A stretch of 64,000 bases of DNA from Nitrospirota bacterium (lineage in GTDB: Bacteria > Nitrospirota > Thermodesulfovibrionia > Thermodesulfovibrionales > JdFR-86), in NCBI GenBank assembly GCA_963721805.1, contig CAVRJY010000001.1, positions 128,001-192,000 on the forward strand. Direction: 5' to 3'. Under the pieces are notes generated by a model that saw only the letters and a list, made by a program, of their open reading frames with translations, ran no database searches and had not been told where the DNA came from. Below are positions 59,815 to 64,000 of this stretch, piece by piece (positions within the stretch are counted from its first letter, which is position 1; every line of letters begins with the position of its first letter). Made by a program: the position numbers and the translations under genes.

Positions 59815-60665
59815 GCGGCGCGGGCAGGCTCTACGTGGTCTCGACCCCGCTTGGGAACCTCGAGGACATCACGCTGCGGGCGGTGCGCACGCTTAAGGAG
59901 GCCGATGTCATCGCGGCCGAGGACACGCGCCATACGCTGAAGCTCCTGAGCCACCTGGGCATCACCGGAAAGCCGCTCGTCAGCTACTGGGGCGAGCGCG
60001 AGAAGGCGAAGGCCGAGGAGGTGCTCTCTCACCTCGCCGCGGGCCGCGACGTTGCGCTCGTAAGCGACGCAGGGACCCCGGGCATCTCGGACCCAGGGGC
60101 GGTGCTCGTCCGGCGCGCTATCGAGGAGGGCGTCGAGGTGATCCCGGTCCCCGGCCCGTCCGCTCTCGTGGCCGCGCTCTCGGTCTCGGGCCTCAACACA
60201 GAGGAGTTCACGTTCTTCGGGTTCCTTCCGGCCAAGCGCGGCCCGCGCCAGAGGGCGCTTGCAGCGCTCGTGCTCGAGCCCCGCACTCTAGTGTTCTACG
60301 AATCCCCGCACCGCATAATAGACTCGCTTATAGACATGGAAGAGGTCTTCGGCGCTGACCGCCGCGCGGTGCTCTCGCGCGAGATCACGAAGATGCACGA
60401 AGAGACCGTGCGCGACACCTTCCGCGGCATACTCGACTACCTTGAGGCCGACGCGATCGTGGCCGGCGAGTACGTCGTGATGGTCGAGGGCCACAGGCGC
60501 GGGGAGCCCGGAGGCGAGGGCTCGGCCGGGGAGGCCGTGGCCGAGGTCGCCGCGCTTATTAAAAAGGGCATGGGCCGCAAGGAGGCCGTCAGGCAGGTCG
60601 CGGTGCAGTACGGCATCAGCAAGAAAGAGCTCTATGACAAGAGCCTACGCGAGGCCGCAGAATGA
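59778..60665 (+). CDS. rsmI: 16S rRNA C1402 2'-O-methyltransferase (start uncertain)
   Basis: LYVVSTPLGNLEDIT, AEDTR, SDAGTPGISDPG, FYESPHR. Confidence 0.95.
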   Translation: MAVPIQGYSQNIGGAGRLYVVSTPLGNLEDITLRAVRTLKEADVIAAEDTRHTLKLLSHLGITGKPLVSYWGEREKAKAEEVLSHLAAGRDVALVSDAGTPGISDPGAVLVRRAIEEGVEVIPVPGPSALVAALSVSGLNTEEFTFFGFLPAKRGPRQRALAALVLEPRTLVFYESPHRIIDSLIDMEEVFGADRRAVLSREITKMHEETVRDTFRGILDYLEADAIVAGEYVVMVEGHRRGEPGGEGSAGEAVAEVAALIKKGMGRKEAVRQVAVQYGISKKELYDKSLREAAE

Positions 60666-61054
60666 AGACCCTGGGGTTCTGGCTTTTGATGGTAATCATC
60701 CTCTCGCTCCTGCCGATGGGCGGCCCCATGACCGAGGCGAGGCACGCAGCCGAGCTCGTATTTCACTTCATCGTGTATGCCATAACCGCGATGCTCATCA
60801 TGAGCGTGCTCGTCAATGACTCCGGCCCGGCGATAAAGTCGGTGCTCATATACCTGGGCGGGCGGAATTCCGCGTGGGTCGCGGCCGGGCTTGCCGCGGC
60901 CTTCGGGCTGCTGCTCGAGGGCGCGAGGGAGGCGTATCCGGCCTCCGGCGGGTTCTCGGCCGAGAGCGCAGCCGTAAACGCGATAGGGGCGGCCTCATGG
61001 GCCGCATATGCGATCTGGTCGTCATCGAGAAAGAAACGGAGAAAGCCTCTATGA
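60662..61054 (+). CDS. VanZ-like small membrane protein
   Basis: LSLLP, HFIVYA, GLLLE, NAIGA pattern; ATGA-coupled on both sides. Confidence 0.65.
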   Translation: MKTLGFWLLMVIILSLLPMGGPMTEARHAAELVFHFIVYAITAMLIMSVLVNDSGPAIKSVLIYLGGRNSAWVAAGLAAAFGLLLEGAREAYPASGGFSAESAAVNAIGAASWAAYAIWSSSRKKRRKPL

Positions 61055-62187
61055 GCTCGAAGGTATGGTACGCCTCTGCGCGGGTAAAGAAATGGAAATA
61101 CTCCGACAGCATGGCCGGCAGGCTCGAGGCCATGCTCCGCTCTGTGGACTTGGGCGCGCACATCGAGGGCGGCGAGTGGGTGGCGATCAAGACGCACCTC
61201 GGCTCAGACGGCGCGCACCGCACGGTCAGGCCGCTGTTCCTGCGCAAGGTCGTCGAGGCCGTAAAATGCGCGGGCGCAAAGCCGTTCATCACCGACACCG
61301 TGCGGATCAAGGGGCTCGATTACCTCGAGGTCGCGAACGCTAACGGGATAAACCACCTCTCGACCGGAGCGCCTGTCGTGCTTGCCGACGGCCTCTACGG
61401 CCACGACAACCTGATGGTAAAGGCCGGCGATATCCTGGGGGAGGTCGCTGTATCCTCGGTGATACACGACGTCCCGGCGATGGTGATGACGAGCCACGTC
61501 AAGGGCCATATACTCGCGGGCATAGGCGCTACGATGAAGAACCTCGCGATGGGCGGCGTCAGCGGAGGCCACCGCACCTGCGGCTGGAAGTGCGGCCGCG
61601 GCGCGATGCACACCAAGGACGCCGGGGCGATACTCTGGGAGGCCGGGCTCTGCACCCAGTGCTACCAGTGCGAGGAGGTCTGCCCGCTTGAGTGCATAAC
61701 GTTCAAGGACGACCGGACGGAGTTCACCTACGACGCCAACGTCTGCTGGCGGTGCGGAAGATGCACGCGCGTCTGCCCCTCCGGCGCGCTTTCGATGGAG
61801 GGGGCGGACGACACCCGGTTTCTGCGCGGGCTGGCCGAGGCCGCGATGGCCGTGCTCAGCACGTTTAAGCCGGGCAAGGTGCTGTACATCAACTTCATGA
61901 CCGAGATGCAGCCCGAGTGCGACTGCATGCCCGGCGCCGACGTCCCTGTGATGCAGGACCAGGGGATCATGGCCTCCTGGGACCCTGTAGCCGTGGAGCA
62001 GGCCACGCTCGACATGATACTCAAGGCCTCGCCGCTCCCGCAGTCCGCGGCCGAGGACAAGGGGATCAAGGCCGGCGAGGACATTTTCACCAGGCTCAGC
62101 GGGCGCAACCTGCAGGTCACGATCGACGAGGCCGAGCGGCTCGGGCTTGGGAGCAAGGACTACAGGATCGCCGTAATCGAAGGCTGA
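61051..62187 (+). CDS. DUF362 Fe-S protein with 2[4Fe-4S] domain
   Basis: VAIKTHLG, SHVKGH, CTQCYQCEEVCP, CWRCGRCTRVCP, PECDC; ATG 61051. Confidence 0.88.
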   Translation: MSSKVWYASARVKKWKYSDSMAGRLEAMLRSVDLGAHIEGGEWVAIKTHLGSDGAHRTVRPLFLRKVVEAVKCAGAKPFITDTVRIKGLDYLEVANANGINHLSTGAPVVLADGLYGHDNLMVKAGDILGEVAVSSVIHDVPAMVMTSHVKGHILAGIGATMKNLAMGGVSGGHRTCGWKCGRGAMHTKDAGAILWEAGLCTQCYQCEEVCPLECITFKDDRTEFTYDANVCWRCGRCTRVCPSGALSMEGADDTRFLRGLAEAAMAVLSTFKPGKVLYINFMTEMQPECDCMPGADVPVMQDQGIMASWDPVAVEQATLDMILKASPLPQSAAEDKGIKAGEDIFTRLSGRNLQVTIDEAERLGLGSKDYRIAVIEG

Positions 62188-62236
62188 CCAATAGCGCGCC
62201 AAAGCACGGGGCCGACTGCCCCGCTGATTGCAATAT

Positions 62237-62270
62237 GGGGGGGCTTCGGCCCCCCTTTCCTTTTATTTTT
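62237..62270 (+). terminator. Rho-independent terminator
   Basis: G-run/CTTCGG/C-run hairpin followed by T-rich tract. Confidence 0.8.
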
Positions 62271-62505
62271 AGTCACTTAAGGCGTCCAGGTCTCGCGAGC
62301 CCGGTGAATCAAAAAATAATCCCCGCCCCGCGTCAATCTGCAGTATTGCGTAAGCTGCTAATTCGTGGTATCTATTTATATCAGAGGAGGCGCCTCGGGT
62401 TGAGGCGTTTATATGCAAAGGAGGTGTGTAGACAGTAGGCTAAGCCACCCGTTTAACCTTCAGGGTTATACGCCTTATCAGCAAAAAAAGTCCAACAAGG
62501 AGGCT

Positions 62506-62856
62506 ATGATGAAAAGACTTATACTTACTTGCATGCTTGCGGCAGCCATGATAATAGGCATGGTGGGCATAGCATCGGCAACGCACCTCGAAAGCAACCC
62601 CGAGCTCTCGGGGTTCGTGATGACTGGCATGGAGGGCGTTACGCACCCGACGGGGATGGGATTTATCATGAACCAGAGTTCTACGTCGGGCCCGAGCGAT
62701 TATGTTAATCCAGAGAAGACGGGCTTCGAGGGCGTAACCTCCCCGAGGACCATTGCGCCTAAGGGCTCGCCCGCAGAGCCCGCCGGCCCGGCTGAAGAGC
62801 CCACAGATGTCGAGCAGGAGATTCCGACCGGCACCGAGGGCGAAACAGCCCCATAG
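62506..62856 (+). CDS. Secreted low-complexity hypothetical protein
   Basis: AAGGAGG RBS; signal peptide ending IASA; recurring TG(M/F/T)EG motif. Confidence 0.7.
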   Translation: MMKRLILTCMLAAAMIIGMVGIASATHLESNPELSGFVMTGMEGVTHPTGMGFIMNQSSTSGPSDYVNPEKTGFEGVTSPRTIAPKGSPAEPAGPAEEPTDVEQEIPTGTEGETAP

Positions 62857-62900
62857 GCTAAATGGGATGGGGCAGACGTCGAGCCAGAGAGGGTTAATAT

Positions 62901-62924
62901 AAGGGGGGCTTCGGCCCCCCTTTT
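62901..62924. terminator. Likely bidirectional terminator
   Basis: AAGGGGGG-CTTCGG-CCCCCCTTTT between convergent genes. Confidence 0.8.
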
Positions 62925-63711
62925 ACATCCTTGCTGTTTTGAGCGCGTCCTTGCACGGGCAGCTGCGGCTATGCGGGACAGCGCCTATCGCGGCCGCGAG
63001 CAGGGCCTTGATCCTGTCGTTCGCCCAGGCCATCGTCGAGCGGACCTCCTCGGTCGTGAGCCTGTGGGCCGATATCCCGGCCGCGTAGTTCGTCACGACG
63101 CAGAGGCCTGAAAAGCATATCTCGAGCTCCCGCGCGAGCACGGCCTCCGGCATCCCGGTCATCCCGACCACCGAGGCGCCGAGCATCCGGTAAAACTCGA
63201 TCTCGCTGCGCGTCTCGAGCCTCGGCCCCTGCACGCAGACGTACGTGCCCCGGTCATGCGCATGGAGCCCGGCCGCCTTCGCGGCCTGACCGAGCGCGGC
63301 TCGCAGCTCCGGGCAGTAAGGGTCGGTGAAGTCCACGTGCACGATCTCGCCCTCTTCATAAAACGTCCCCGCGCGCGCCCCCGCGGTCATATCAAGTATC
63401 TGGTCCGGCACTACGATATCGCCCGGCGTGAGGCCGTCTCCGATCCCGCCCGTGGCGTATATGGCAATTATCCGCTCGACGCCGAGTTCCTTGAACCCTC
63501 GCAGGTTCGCGCGATAATTGATCTTATGCGGCGCGACCGAGTGTCCGGCCCCGTGGCGCGGCAGGAAGCAGACCTCCGCCTCGCCGAGTCTGCCTATGGC
63601 ATAAGCCGCCGAGGGCTCGCCGTAGGGCGTGGCCACGCGCTCCTCGCCGGTGAGCTCGAGGCCCGGTATCCCATAAAGCCCGCTTCCGCCTATGACTCCG
63701 ATGCGCGGCAT
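62923..63711 (-). CDS. mtnP: S-methyl-5'-thioadenosine phosphorylase
   Basis: IGVIGGSGLY, TPYGEPS, FLPRHG, GPRLET, VGMTGMPEA; ATG 63711. Confidence 0.93.
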   Translation of the reverse strand: MPRIGVIGGSGLYGIPGLELTGEERVATPYGEPSAAYAIGRLGEAEVCFLPRHGAGHSVAPHKINYRANLRGFKELGVERIIAIYATGGIGDGLTPGDIVVPDQILDMTAGARAGTFYEEGEIVHVDFTDPYCPELRAALGQAAKAAGLHAHDRGTYVCVQGPRLETRSEIEFYRMLGASVVGMTGMPEAVLARELEICFSGLCVVTNYAAGISAHRLTTEEVRSTMAWANDRIKALLAAAIGAVPHSRSCPCKDALKTARM

Positions 63712-63733
63712 GCGATATAATACACCATACCGC

Positions 63734-64000
63734 ATGATAGACCAAGAGCTCATAATGAAGCTGCTCAGGGCCGCGCTTGAAAGTGGCGGAGACTACGCCG
63801 ACGTGTTCGCCGAGAGGCGGAGGCCTGTGTTCCTTCAGCTCGAGTCCGGCCGCGTCGAGAAGGTGCTCTCCGGCACCGAGGCCGGCGTCGGCATCCGCGT
63901 GCTCGTTGGCGAGCGCACCGCGTACGCCTACTCAAACGATATCTCGCCTGAGGCGCTCCTCGAGATGGCCTCGACCCTGCGTGGCGCGATCAGGGACGCC
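63734..64000 (+). CDS. tldD: TldD/PmbA family protein (3' truncated by window edge)
   Basis: MIDQELIMKLLRAALESGGDYADVFAE...GVGIRVLVGERTAYAYSND read directly from sequence. Confidence 0.85.
   Translation, partial: MIDQELIMKLLRAALESGGDYADVFAERRRPVFLQLESGRVEKVLSGTEAGVGIRVLVGERTAYAYSNDISPEALLEMASTLRGAIRDA

Overview
High-GC bacterial chromosomal window, most consistent with an anaerobic sulfur-cycling organism (gene set suggests Nitrospirota/Thermodesulfovibrionia-like or deltaproteobacterial; this is inference). Main blocks: (1) housekeeping genes (HIT, hisI, aat, PQQ sugar dehydrogenase); (2) a compact ~15.6 kb single-strand Mu-like siphoviral head-and-tail gene cluster (3824-19382) with no transposase/integrase, repressor, late activator or replication genes, a very short small-terminase-position gene, a 177-aa tape measure-like protein, a repeat-fibre fused to a gp37-like protein, and a tandem palindrome array upstream, making it a candidate Mu-derived gene transfer agent or other domesticated phage particle; (3) rng, a radical SAM gene and three TMTC-like GT-C/TPR glycosyltransferases; (4) adk-sat-aprBA-qmoABC-CBS-hppA, a complete sulfate activation/APS reduction module; (5) a small AT-rich islet with a convergent toxin/antitoxin pair, sigma54-controlled Hsp20 and signalling genes; (6) aminotransferase-serA-purA; (7) hgcAB mercury-methylation genes, HD-GYP, rsmI, DUF362, mtnP and the start of tldD. 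A family of 160-300 bp structured palindromic intergenic repeats (6 copies, with covarying inner hairpin) and short GC hairpins is dispersed throughout. Four apparent small-indel frameshifts may be sequencing errors or pseudogenisation. All family assignments are by eye from motifs and synteny, not from database searches.
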